Positions 47,153 through 56,045 of a DNA stretch of 64,000 bases are shown one piece after another. Every line of letters starts with the position of its first letter. Position 1 is the stretch's first letter. A program made the translations under genes and the position numbers. Source of the DNA: Thermodesulfobacteriota bacterium (lineage in GTDB: Bacteria; Desulfobacterota; Desulfobulbia; Desulfobulbales; JAGXFP01). The stretch spans positions 7,973 to 71,972 of the forward strand of contig JBDLJC010000009.1 in the NCBI GenBank assembly GCA_039714535.1. The letters are read 5' to 3'. The notes beneath the pieces are model-generated. The model made no database searches, was not told the DNA's origin, and was given only the letters and a program-made list of their open reading frames with translations.

Positions 47153-47181
47153 TTGACAAAGGGTTTGCTGGCGAATAGATT
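47153..47181 (+). promoter_or_regulatory. Sigma70-type promoter candidate for dsrABD
   Basis: TTGACA (47153-58), N17, TAGATT (47176-81), preceded by a T-rich UP-like stretch. It lies about 130 nt before the dsrA ATG. Confidence 0.4.
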
Positions 47182-47310
47182 CAACCCTTTCTGAATACTC
47201 ATTCACAATTGTTTTTTCCATATGGACGATGGTCATGCGCTTACAAGGCGGCCCCGGGATCCTTATGGAGAAAGATTTTTAAGGCAAAATTATATTAAGG
47301 AGGAATTGAA

Positions 47311-48591
47311 ATGCCGAAGCATGACACTCCCATGATGGACGAACTCGAGAGTGGCCCTTGGCCGAGTTTTGTCACTGATCTGAAGAGGCAGGCCGAGAAG
47401 AGCCCCCAGTGCTGGGACATTCTTGGCAAGATGGAACTATCCTTTAAGGATAGAATCACCCACTGGAAACACGGCGGTATCGTTGGTGTTTTCGGATACG
47501 GTGGTGGTATTGTTGGTCGTTACTCAGACGTTCCGGAGCAGTATCCTGGTGTTGCTCACTTTCACACCGTTCGTCTGAACCAGCCTTCCAGTAAGTTCTA
47601 TACCACTGAAAAACTTCGCCAGGTCTGTGATCTGTGGGAGAAACGTGGTTCCGGTATGACCAACATGCACGGTTCCACCGGTGACCTGGTTCTGCTTGGT
47701 ACCACCACCGACCAGCTCGAGCCCCTGTTCTACGATCTGACCCATGATCTCAACTGGGATCTCGGTGGTTCCGGCTCCAACCTGCGTACTCCTGCCTGTT
47801 GTCTGGGCAAGGCACGCTGTGAGTACTCCTGTATTGATACCCAGGCCCTGTGTCATCATCTGACCATGCATTATCAGGATGAGATTCATCGCCCGGCTTT
47901 CCCTTACAAATTCAAGTTTAAATTTTCCGGTTGCCCGAATGACTGTGTAGCCGCCATTGCCCGTTCCGACTTTGCTGTTCTTGGAACCTGGAAAGATGAT
48001 ATCCGGATCGATCAGGATGCCGTCAAGGGGTACATCAACGGTGATTTCGCTCCGAATGCTGGTGCTCACGCTGGTCGTGATTGGGGCAAGTTCGACATCG
48101 ATGCCGAGGTTCTTGCTCTCTGTCCGACCGAATGCATGCGGATGAAAGGCGACGAACTGCAGATTGACAACTCAAACTGCACCCGTTGTATGCACTGCAT
48201 CAATGTTATGCCTCGGGCCCTCCGTGTGGGTAAAGAGCAGGGTGCCACCATCTGTGTCGGTGCTAAGGCTCCGATCCTTGATGGTGCTCAGTTTGCAACC
48301 ATGACCATTCCTTTTATCAAGATTGATCCCGAGAATGACTTCGAGGAAGTTATCGATGTTATCGAGAAGATCTGGGATTGGTGGATGGAAGTAGGTAAAA
48401 ACCGCGAGCGTGTTGGTGAGACCATTATGCGTATCGGCCTGCCGACCTTCCTGAAGGTAATGGAAGTAGATATCGCTCCGCAGCATGTTAAAGAGCCTCG
48501 CTCCAATCCTTACGTATTTTGGGGACCGGATGAAGTTGAAGGTGGCTGGGATCGTGATGTTAAGGAATTCCGTAAACGTCATGCCCAATGA
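47311..48591 (+). CDS. dsrA: Dissimilatory sulfite reductase alpha subunit
   Basis: 426 aa. Sirohaem/4Fe-4S Cys motifs (CCLGKARCEYSC, GCPNDC) and a ferredoxin-like insert (CPTEC…CTRCMHCINVMP). Strong Shine-Dalgarno sequence and codon bias. Confidence 0.95.
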   Translation: MPKHDTPMMDELESGPWPSFVTDLKRQAEKSPQCWDILGKMELSFKDRITHWKHGGIVGVFGYGGGIVGRYSDVPEQYPGVAHFHTVRLNQPSSKFYTTEKLRQVCDLWEKRGSGMTNMHGSTGDLVLLGTTTDQLEPLFYDLTHDLNWDLGGSGSNLRTPACCLGKARCEYSCIDTQALCHHLTMHYQDEIHRPAFPYKFKFKFSGCPNDCVAAIARSDFAVLGTWKDDIRIDQDAVKGYINGDFAPNAGAHAGRDWGKFDIDAEVLALCPTECMRMKGDELQIDNSNCTRCMHCINVMPRALRVGKEQGATICVGAKAPILDGAQFATMTIPFIKIDPENDFEEVIDVIEKIWDWWMEVGKNRERVGETIMRIGLPTFLKVMEVDIAPQHVKEPRSNPYVFWGPDEVEGGWDRDVKEFRKRHAQ

Positions 48592-48667
48592 TTTGCCGGT
48601 TGTAAGGCAATTTGTTTCAGTAAATTAAATCTAAGTTTTGATGCTATACATATAAGGAGGTTTTATT

Positions 48668-49798
48668 ATGGGTTACGATCCGGAAAATCCGATGGCCGAT
48701 AGGATTACTGATATCGGTCCCCCACATTTCGAGCAGATGTTTCCGCCGGTAGTAAAGGCAAATTACGGCAAATGGCTTTACCATGACATTCTGGAGCCAG
48801 GTGTCCTGATGCATAAGAGCGAAACCGGCGATGAGTGTTACACCGTTCGTGTCGCTGCTGCCAGGCTGATCAGTGTTGAGCACATTCGTGAGATCTGTGA
48901 TATTGCTGATGCCCATTGCGATGGTCATGTGCGCTGGACCACCAGGAACAACGTTGAGTTCATGGTTGACTCCAAAGATAAGGTTCAGCCGCTGATGGAC
49001 GATCTTAAAAGCCGGGGCAATAAGTTCCCGATCGGTGGTACCGGTGCTGGTGTTACCAACATCGTTCATACCCAGGGCTGGATGCATTGCCATACCCCTG
49101 CTACCGATGCTTCCGGTGTCGTTAAGGCTGTTATGGACGATTTGTTCGATTACTTCGGTAGCATGACACTGCCGGCCCAGGTTCGTATCGCCCTGGCTTG
49201 CTGTCTGAACATGTGTGGCGCTGTTCATGCTTCTGATATCGCCATCCTCGGTATTCATCGCAAGCCGCCGATGATTGATTATGACGCAATCTCTTCTCTG
49301 TGCGAGATTCCCCTGGCAGTTGCTTCCTGTCCGCTGGGCGCGATCCGACCTGCCAAGGCCGAGAACTCTGCTGGTGAGGAAATTAAGGCAGTAGCGATCA
49401 AGCAAGAGCGCTGCATGTTCTGTGGTAACTGTTACACCATGTGTCCTGCCTTGCCTCTGGCTGATCCGGATGGTGACGGTATTGCTATTCTGGTTGGTGG
49501 TAAGGTTTCCAACTCTAAGTCAATGCCTAAATTCTCCAAACTGGTTATTCCTTTTCTGCCCAACACTCCGCCGCGTTGGCCTGAGACCGTTGATGCGATT
49601 AGGAACATCCTTGAAGTCTATGCTAAAGACGCCCGTAAGTATGAGCGTGTTGGTGAGTGGGCCGAGAGAATTGGCTGGGAGAGCTTCTTTGAGAAGACTG
49701 GCATTCCTTTTACCATCAAGTCTATCGATGATTATCGTCTGGCTTATGATACCTGGAGAACCAGCACCCAGTTTAAATTCACCAGCCATATTAAATAA
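48668..49798 (+). CDS. dsrB: Dissimilatory sulfite reductase beta subunit
   Basis: 376 aa with motifs [17 protein letters not shown] and a ferredoxin-like [12 protein letters not shown]. Immediately follows dsrA. Confidence 0.95.
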   Translation: MGYDPENPMADRITDIGPPHFEQMFPPVVKANYGKWLYHDILEPGVLMHKSETGDECYTVRVAAARLISVEHIREICDIADAHCDGHVRWTTRNNVEFMVDSKDKVQPLMDDLKSRGNKFPIGGTGAGVTNIVHTQGWMHCHTPATDASGVVKAVMDDLFDYFGSMTLPAQVRIALACCLNMCGAVHASDIAILGIHRKPPMIDYDAISSLCEIPLAVASCPLGAIRPAKAENSAGEEIKAVAIKQERCMFCGNCYTMCPALPLADPDGDGIAILVGGKVSNSKSMPKFSKLVIPFLPNTPPRWPETVDAIRNILEVYAKDARKYERVGEWAERIGWESFFEKTGIPFTIKSIDDYRLAYDTWRTSTQFKFTSHIK

Positions 49799-49822
49799 AC
49801 TCTAAACAAAGGAGTAAACATT

Positions 49823-50050
49823 ATGGCTTTAAGTAAAGATGATCTAAAAGCAGCTATCCTTGAGAAAGCAACGAATGGTCCCAAGGCCCAGCTCTATGTG
49901 AAGGATTTCTATGCTTGTGATCCCGACACCAAACCTCGCGCTGTCAAGAATGCAGCCAATGATTTGGTCAAGGAAGGCAAACTGGAGTTCTGGTCAAGTG
50001 GTAGCACCACGATGTACGCAGCAAAAGGACGTGCTAAGAACGAAGAGTAG
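49823..50050 (+). CDS. dsrD: DsrD (small winged-helix protein of reductive-type dsr operons)
   Basis: 75 aa. KPRAVKNAANDLVKEGKLEFWSSGSTTMY matches the DsrD signature. Lies directly after dsrB. Confidence 0.9.
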   Translation: MALSKDDLKAAILEKATNGPKAQLYVKDFYACDPDTKPRAVKNAANDLVKEGKLEFWSSGSTTMYAAKGRAKNEE

Positions 50051-50093
50051 AAAAATTCTTAGCAGTAGTCGTTCTACTTGAGTAGTTACATAA

Positions 50094-50130
50094 ACGCAGG
50101 AGCAAGTTTGTTTGCTCCTGCGTTTTTTTT
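50094..50130 (+). terminator. Rho-independent terminator of dsrABD
   Basis: ACGCAGGAGCAA-gtttgt-TTGCTCCTGCGT followed by T8. Confidence 0.85.
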
Positions 50131-50219
50131 GTTTAATTATTGACTGATTCTGGATTGATAAGGTGTCTTGCTTGGAACTTTGCGGGTGCTGAGTCAAGTC
50201 CGGATAACCGGGTTAAGAA

Positions 50220-50795
50220 ATGGCAACTGTTCAGGAAGAACTGATAAGTCTTTTTACCGCTATTGATCAAGCCTTTGTCGAAGTACAGTCCCAGTTTCCC
50301 GAGGCTGTAAAATGTGGCCGGGGTTGTGATGACTGTTGCCGGGCGGTTTTTGATGTCTCCCTGGTAGAGGCCGTTGCTCTTGCCAGTGTAATGGGGAGCT
50401 TGGCTGAAGATGTAAGAGAACTGGCCCTGATCAGGGCCGCTGAGGCAGCTGCGGCATGGGATAAGCTTGATACAGGTGATTCGACCGACGATCTGGCCAA
50501 GGGGAGAATCCGTTGTCCGCTCCTGGGCGAAGATGGGCTTTGCATCTGTTACGATGCCCGGCCGGTAAATTGCCGGACCTATGGCATTCCCACCGTTATC
50601 GGTGGTGCTGGGCACGCCTGTGGCTTCTCCGGCTTTGAGTCAGGTATAGATTATCCAACTGTAAATCTGCAACAGCTCCAGGATATCTTGTTGGATTTGT
50701 CAGTTCGCTTGGCTGGGCAAAAAGAGGGCGGCAGACGCTGGCCGGTGGCCAAGGTCCTCCTCGCCCCCGATGAAATATTTGCAGTTTTAAAATAG
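50220..50795 (+). CDS. YkgJ-family (CxxCxxCC) cysteine-cluster protein
   Basis: 191 aa with N-terminal CGRGCDDCC and later C…C pairs (RCPLL, LCICY, NCRTYG). Confidence 0.7.
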   Translation: MATVQEELISLFTAIDQAFVEVQSQFPEAVKCGRGCDDCCRAVFDVSLVEAVALASVMGSLAEDVRELALIRAAEAAAAWDKLDTGDSTDDLAKGRIRCPLLGEDGLCICYDARPVNCRTYGIPTVIGGAGHACGFSGFESGIDYPTVNLQQLQDILLDLSVRLAGQKEGGRRWPVAKVLLAPDEIFAVLK

Positions 50796-50801
50796 ACAGG
50801 C

Positions 50802-51371
50802 TTACTGTTCGGCGGCAGCTGCTTTGGCCAGGAATTCTTCTGCGTGTTTGTCGTGCTTAAAATCCTTGTGAATTGAGGCCGCCATCCGGTAGGCGTCGGC
50901 CGCTTTGGCCTTTTCCTCTTGTTTAAGATAGATCTCAGCCAGGATCTCCAGGGTTTCCACCGATCCTTCCGGGTTGCGCAGGGCTCCGTATTCATCCAGA
51001 ACATCAAGGTATAGTTCCAAAGCCTTTGCCAGGTCGCCGCTTTTATAGACGAGTCCGGCTTTTTTTCTTTCCAGGACAAAGAGGCTGAAGCGGTCGAAGT
51101 TTTTGGTGCAAATGGCGTAGGCGCGCTCAAGATGTTCCAGGGCCATTTCTGTCTCGTCACGTTCGATGCAGATGTCGGCAAGTTTGTCTGAGGCGTTGGC
51201 GACGCCGTTTTCATTTCCTATCTGTTCAAAGCCAATTAAGGCGTTGTGGAAGGCATTTGCGGCTTGGGCGCTATCTTTATCCTTAAGGAATTCCTGACCG
51301 GCCTCATAGTCCTGCTGGGCCTGGCTTTTATCTTCCTGCTTCTGGTCTGGCTGTGTATTATTTTCTTTCAT
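50802..51371 (-). CDS. TPR-like helical repeat protein
   Basis: 189 aa of Ala/Leu-rich paired helices. 14-nt overlap with the upstream gene. Confidence 0.55.
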   Translation of the reverse strand: MKENNTQPDQKQEDKSQAQQDYEAGQEFLKDKDSAQAANAFHNALIGFEQIGNENGVANASDKLADICIERDETEMALEHLERAYAICTKNFDRFSLFVLERKKAGLVYKSGDLAKALELYLDVLDEYGALRNPEGSVETLEILAEIYLKQEEKAKAADAYRMAASIHKDFKHDKHAEEFLAKAAAAEQ

Positions 51372-52500
51372 CTTTGTTTGTTTCCATTTTTGTTATGGCC
51401 TCGCGGGCCAATTTGCCAACTGTGGTGGTGACCGGTTGCCCTTCGTCATAGTAAATCAATTCTTCCTGGTCATCGATCAATTCACCGACCAAGCTTCTGA
51501 CCTCCTGGGCGTTGATTAAGCCGAATAACCTTACAGCCAGACCACGGGTTGTTGCTTCCCCGTGATTGACAAAAGGAAAAAGGCTGTAGAATGGGGTGCT
51601 GCGAACCAGATCGGGACGTTTGGCCGCAATGGTTCCCAGGGCCCATAATATATGATTCCTTGATGAATCCGTATTACGGAACATCAACAGGTGCTTGGCA
51701 AATGCTCCATAGATGTCCGGTCTGGCCGCGATTATCGAGCCGATCGATTCAAGCAGTCCCCAGTGGGTCGCAGCCGAATCCGAGCATGCCTCGTACATCC
51801 GATGGAGGAGGTCGCTGACAGCTCCGGGCTTACGGGTGGATAAGCGTCGGCAGACCTGGCCCATCAGGTGGGCGTATTGCCAGCGTTTGCCCTCATCCGG
51901 AGCATAGAGCAACCTTTGCATAAAGCGCAGGGTCTTGAGATCATCAAAGGCGAGGTCCACAAGGCCGTCAATGTCAGAGGCTTCCGCCATCTTGACAACT
52001 TCCCTCTTTTTGGCCTTTTTCTTCCGGCGTTTAGGGTCACGCGCCGGTTCCATCTCCGGGATGTCACTAGAGGTGGAAGGCGTCTGGGCCTCATCCTGCT
52101 TCTGCTTATGATCATCCAGTCGGGTGGAGAGTTCTGTGAAATCCTTGCTCAGACGGATAAAATAAAGGACACCTTTGATCTTCCTGCCGTCCAGGTTGCC
52201 AAGTTCAACGATCTGATGGGTCTGCTCGTCATACTTGTCGAGGCGGCCGGAAATATAATCTTCGTCGGGCATCAGCTCCCAGGCCAGGTCCCAATTGTCG
52301 TTACAGGCATGGATCATACACTCGACCATGGCGGCGCCGACATTGAAACCGGTTGGATCACAGGTGTATACGGCCCCGCACTGGCAGGTGCCGGTGGTAA
52401 ACTCGTCCATCTTGCGCTGGACTGGTTGCTGGGGCTTTTCGACATCCTGACCACAGAAGGGGCACCACGGCAGGACCTTAATACTTGCGTTTTTTACCAT
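51358..52500 (-). CDS. Hypothetical protein: N-terminal Cys4 zinc-ribbon-like module, charged linker, C-terminal helical (HEAT/ARM-like) repeat region
   Basis: 380 aa with CPFCG…CQCG near the N-terminus, a K/R/E-rich linker, then long amphipathic helices. No family name assigned with confidence. Confidence 0.5.
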   Translation of the reverse strand: MVKNASIKVLPWCPFCGQDVEKPQQPVQRKMDEFTTGTCQCGAVYTCDPTGFNVGAAMVECMIHACNDNWDLAWELMPDEDYISGRLDKYDEQTHQIVELGNLDGRKIKGVLYFIRLSKDFTELSTRLDDHKQKQDEAQTPSTSSDIPEMEPARDPKRRKKKAKKREVVKMAEASDIDGLVDLAFDDLKTLRFMQRLLYAPDEGKRWQYAHLMGQVCRRLSTRKPGAVSDLLHRMYEACSDSAATHWGLLESIGSIIAARPDIYGAFAKHLLMFRNTDSSRNHILWALGTIAAKRPDLVRSTPFYSLFPFVNHGEATTRGLAVRLFGLINAQEVRSLVGELIDDQEELIYYDEGQPVTTTVGKLAREAITKMETNKDERK

Positions 52501-52502
52501 GA

Positions 52503-53132
52503 TTAGATTTCTTTGTTGATGGCCTCAAAAAAACGAGGATCGACCGGGAAACCAAGTTCTTTGGCCTTTTCGGCAGCAGCTTTGGCGCCGGCGAAGTCCT
52601 TGTTGTAGAAGAGGGCCACGGCCAGATTGTTTTGACCCATTGGGAAATCAGGTTCAACTTCAACCCCTTCCTCGGCTGCGGCCAGTGCATCGCTGAAATT
52701 ACCGGCCATAATATGGGCTGAAGTTAGTCCTGCCCAGGCGGTAACCATTTTGGGGTCATGGCGGAGTGCTTCTTTATAGGAAGCTATGGATTTTTCGGCA
52801 TCTTCCTTTTGCCACCAGATCATGCCGAGGTTGGCATGGGCCTCGGCGGACTGCGGAAAAATCTTTAAGGCCTGCTCATTTGCGGCTATGGCCTTGTCAA
52901 AATCGCCGGTTTCAAAATGAATTGCGCCAATGTTGACTTGGGCCTGGACGGAATGGGGGTCGATTTCCAGACATCTTTCCAGCATGCGCAGGGCGTCATC
53001 GGCTCGGCCTGCCATTCTGTAAACCACGGCCAGATGATGGTGGGCGACAACATTGTCCGGTAACTCTTCACATTTTTTTTCAAGTTCTGCGATAACCTTG
53101 GGCAGGTCTTCCGCCTGGACGTTTTCAGACAT
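52503..53132 (-). CDS. Tetratricopeptide repeat protein
   Basis: 209 aa with at least five clear TPR units (…A..YR..G…A……AL..DP…). Its stop lies 2 nt before the next start. Confidence 0.8.
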   Translation of the reverse strand: MSENVQAEDLPKVIAELEKKCEELPDNVVAHHHLAVVYRMAGRADDALRMLERCLEIDPHSVQAQVNIGAIHFETGDFDKAIAANEQALKIFPQSAEAHANLGMIWWQKEDAEKSIASYKEALRHDPKMVTAWAGLTSAHIMAGNFSDALAAAEEGVEVEPDFPMGQNNLAVALFYNKDFAGAKAAAEKAKELGFPVDPRFFEAINKEI

Positions 53133-53373
53133 GATAATTCCTCAATATTTTAATTTGCTTTGCTGGAATGAATTTATGGTGTTTCGCCAACAGATTTGTC
53201 GGAGGTCCTATGGCATGCCGCTAATAGAACTAGAAGATTAATATCATCCGTATTAGTTCTGGTTCAGGGCCTGTCTTTCGAGCCTATGACTACTAATCAG
53301 AAGCACTTTAAGCACTGGAGTGGCTAACGACAAGGGGGGGAATTAACATAATGCAAATATATAGTCAAAAACT

Positions 53374-53402
53374 TTGAATTAGCGTGAAATCTGGGGTAGA
53401 TT
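53374..53402 (+). promoter_or_regulatory. Sigma70-type promoter candidate for the dsrN-like gene
   Basis: TTGAAT (53374-79), N17, TAGATT (53397-402). The -10 hexamer is the same as in the dsrA candidate. Confidence 0.35.
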
Positions 53403-53454
53403 CGGAGTTTTTCCAAACCGAAAACAAAAAAATCTATACCTATATTTTCAGGCG

Positions 53455-54867
53455 ATGACAAAAACCATAAGTAGAGTAAATAGCGCGGGGCGGGGCTGCC
53501 AGGGGATCGTGATCGCTGGCTTGAGCGGTGGTTCCGGCAAGAGTGTCGTCTCCGTGGGAATTAGTGCGGCCCTGGCCGGCCAGGGCTATAACGTTGTGCC
53601 GTTTAAAAAGGGCCCGGATTACATTGATGCCGGTTGGCTGGGGTTGGCGGCCGGTACTCCCTGTTGCAATCTTGATCCATACCTGATGGAAAGAGAGATT
53701 TTGATTGATTCTTTTCGCAGCAGGATCTGTGGTGCCGATTATGTGATACTCGAAGGCAACAGGGGATTGTTTGACGGGGTGGATCTGGAAGGTTCGTTCA
53801 GCACGGCCGAACTGGCAGTTACCTTGCAGATGCCGGTCTTGCTGGTGGTGGATTGTACCAAGTCAACCCGGACGGTGGCCGCCCTGGTTGCAGGCTGCCA
53901 GGCATTTGATCCCCGCCTTGAGATCCGGGGGGTAGTGCTGAACAGGATTGGTGGCAGTCGCCATGAGAGTATCGTTCGCCGGGCTGTTGAGCATTATACC
54001 GATATTCCGGTGATCGGGGCAATGCCCAGAGCATCAAAAGATGTATTTCCCCAGAGGCATCTCGGGGTGACCCCCGGACCCGAACATGATCAAGCGGGGC
54101 AGGCTTTGGCCACCCTTGCGGCCAGGGCTGAGAAGTACCTTGACCTGGAAAGGCTGCAAGAAATAATGGTTGACCTGAGTTGTTCGCCAAAAGAGGTGTT
54201 GAAGAGCGGCCAAAACAAGGTCAGAATTGGGGTGATCCGGGACGCGGCCTTCCAGTTCTATTATCAGGAAAACCTTGAGGCACTGATGGAGTTGGGCGGT
54301 GAGATTGTCGAAATCAACGCCCTGACTGCGGCAGAACTTCCCGAGATTGACGCCCTTTACATAGGTGGGGGGTTTCCGGAAACCAGCGGTCGGGAATTGG
54401 CGGCCAATAAATCATTTCTGGCCTCTGTCAGAGAAAAGGCCGATAGGGATCTGCCGATCTATGCCGAATGCGGCGGGCTTATTTATCTTGGTCGGGACAT
54501 GAAGGTTGACGGCCAGGAATTTCGGCTGGCGGATGTTTTTCCGGTAAGTTTCAGTCTGCAACGTAAACCGCAGGCCCATGGCTACACAAATTTGCAGGTT
54601 ACGGCTGACAATCCTTTTTATCCGGTCGGGACCAAGATCAGTGGCCACGAGTTCCGGTACAGTCAGGTTGATGCCTGGCCGAATGATCCTGGGATATTGG
54701 CCTTGAGCATGGACCGGGGTGTCGGCTTTGCTGGTGGGCGGGATGGTCTGGTCTATAGAAACGTCCTGGCTATGTACAGCCACATCCATGCCCTTGGCAC
54801 CCCGCAATGGGCGCCGGGGCTGATTGCTGCCGCGAAAAGATACCGTCGGGATCAGGCCTGCGGGTAA
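53455..54867 (+). CDS. dsrN: Cobyrinate/sirohaem a,c-diamide synthase (CbiA family; DsrN-type by context)
   Basis: 470 aa. N-terminal ATPase P-loop GLSGGSGKS, PFKKGPDYID, and a C-terminal glutamine amidotransferase module with ECGGLIYLG. The dsrN symbol comes from dsr-locus context. Confidence 0.8.
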   Translation: MTKTISRVNSAGRGCQGIVIAGLSGGSGKSVVSVGISAALAGQGYNVVPFKKGPDYIDAGWLGLAAGTPCCNLDPYLMEREILIDSFRSRICGADYVILEGNRGLFDGVDLEGSFSTAELAVTLQMPVLLVVDCTKSTRTVAALVAGCQAFDPRLEIRGVVLNRIGGSRHESIVRRAVEHYTDIPVIGAMPRASKDVFPQRHLGVTPGPEHDQAGQALATLAARAEKYLDLERLQEIMVDLSCSPKEVLKSGQNKVRIGVIRDAAFQFYYQENLEALMELGGEIVEINALTAAELPEIDALYIGGGFPETSGRELAANKSFLASVREKADRDLPIYAECGGLIYLGRDMKVDGQEFRLADVFPVSFSLQRKPQAHGYTNLQVTADNPFYPVGTKISGHEFRYSQVDAWPNDPGILALSMDRGVGFAGGRDGLVYRNVLAMYSHIHALGTPQWAPGLIAAAKRYRRDQACG

Positions 54868-55241
54868 TTCCCCAGGACCTTTACTTCGATTTTTTCCCTG
54901 GTGGCGGCGTCCGGCTGCGGTTCTATCCAGTCGATAAAAGACTCGGTGACCCGGCTGAAATCACCATGGTCTTTCTTGCATTTATCGCAGATGCTCATGG
55001 CCGAATCCCGGTAGGCGATAACTTTACTGGCAGCTTCCCCTTCCTTATCCAGAGCAGCCATCTTCCGGCAGCCGCAGTCAAGTCTGACCACCGCCACCCC
55101 GATAGCATCAGGACTGCCCTCGATAATTCCGGCGATCATGGCCTTTTCGTTCTTTTCTGAGGTCAATTTGTTGCTTGGGCCTTTTTTGTTCTTTTTCACT
55201 TTCATATGTAATGATTCCTGAAAACTTGCGTCAAAGGTCAA
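54852..55241 (-). CDS. Hypothetical Cys-containing small protein
   Basis: ORF of up to 129 aa. An alternative start, ATG 55205 (MKVKKNKK), gives 117 aa. Contains CGC…CDKC. Convergent 16-nt overlap with the dsrN end. Confidence 0.45.
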   Translation of the reverse strand: MTFDASFQESLHMKVKKNKKGPSNKLTSEKNEKAMIAGIIEGSPDAIGVAVVRLDCGCRKMAALDKEGEAASKVIAYRDSAMSICDKCKKDHGDFSRVTESFIDWIEPQPDAATREKIEVKVLGNYPQA

Positions 55242-55485
55242 TAATTCTTACGTTGCATTTGTTCAATGTGGTGCACTCTAAGATATCGGTCCGGGCAGGT
55301 CAACCTGATCATCAAATTTAATTGACCGCATTATGCTTTTGCGGCCGGGTTTTTTATTGACAAAAAAACAGTGGTGAATTACAGGGATGATAGTCGTTTG
55401 TGACATGGTAGTGTCGCTGGGTGACAGGAAACTAAATTTTTAAATAAGTTGTTGGAATCATTAAACTTTTTGTGGAGGTATAGTT

Positions 55486-55671
55486 ATGTGGGTAGTAGAA
55501 GTCGATACAGACAAATGTTCCGGTGATGAAGAATGTGTAAACGCTTGTCCGGCCCAGGTTTTTGAGATGGTAGATGGTAAGGCTGATCCTGTAAATGTTG
55601 ACGAATGTCTTGGCTGTGAGACCTGCGTTGAAGTTTGCCCCGAGGGCGCTATTACTGTAACCGAGTCGTAA
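55486..55671 (+). CDS. fdx: 7-Cys ferredoxin (CxxDxxCxxxCP + CxxCxxCxxxCP)
   Basis: 61 aa with motifs CSGDEECVNACP and CLGCETCVEVCP. Shine-Dalgarno GGAGG upstream. Confidence 0.9.
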   Translation: MWVVEVDTDKCSGDEECVNACPAQVFEMVDGKADPVNVDECLGCETCVEVCPEGAITVTES

Positions 55672-55700
55672 AACCGGTTGCTGGTATTTTCCAGATTTTT

Positions 55701-55749
55701 AAAAATGGGCTTGTCTCTGCTTTGGTTTGAGATGGGCCCATTTTTTTTA
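55701..55749 (+). terminator. Rho-independent terminator of the ferredoxin gene
   Basis: AAAAATGGGC…(inner gtctc/gagat pairing)…GCCCATTTTTTTTT. Confidence 0.7.
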
Positions 55750-55759
55750 TTGTTTTTTC

Positions 55760-55915
55760 GTAAGATCTCACCAACACCTCATCTTTGCCCGTCTCGGAGT
55801 TTCGTGCCTCGCTTGCCGGGCTTTCTCGCATAGAGGGACTATAGCTCGAAGCCCTAAACGAACAAGGTAAGTGAACGGAGAGAAACTCCGATCTAAGGCA
55901 TTGGTGAAATCTTAC
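55760..55915. repeat. 156-nt imperfect long palindrome (rod-like structured element)
   Basis: The outer arms gtaagatctcaccaa / ttggtgaaatcttac, middle arms cggagtttc / gaaactccg and inner arms gggctt / aagccc all pair. Shares GAAAYTCCGATCTA with 63409..63516. Confidence 0.55.
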
Positions 55916-56045
55916 AGCCTTGAGTTTACCAAGGCCTATAGACCCCGGTGCACTATTTTGTTTTTCAAGTCAAAATTAACGGTGTTTCTGTTTTTGGCCG
56001 GTGCTGTTTAGGACCAACCAGGTTGTTTGCAGGGAGAGCGGTATA

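Noticed and set aside
46947-47159. 70-aa minus-strand ORF in the CoADR-RHD/dsrA control region
   Set aside because: It lies in an AT-rich promoter region and overlaps the proposed dsrA -35 and UP-like element. Its sequence is implausibly rich in F, Y and I. No Shine-Dalgarno sequence.
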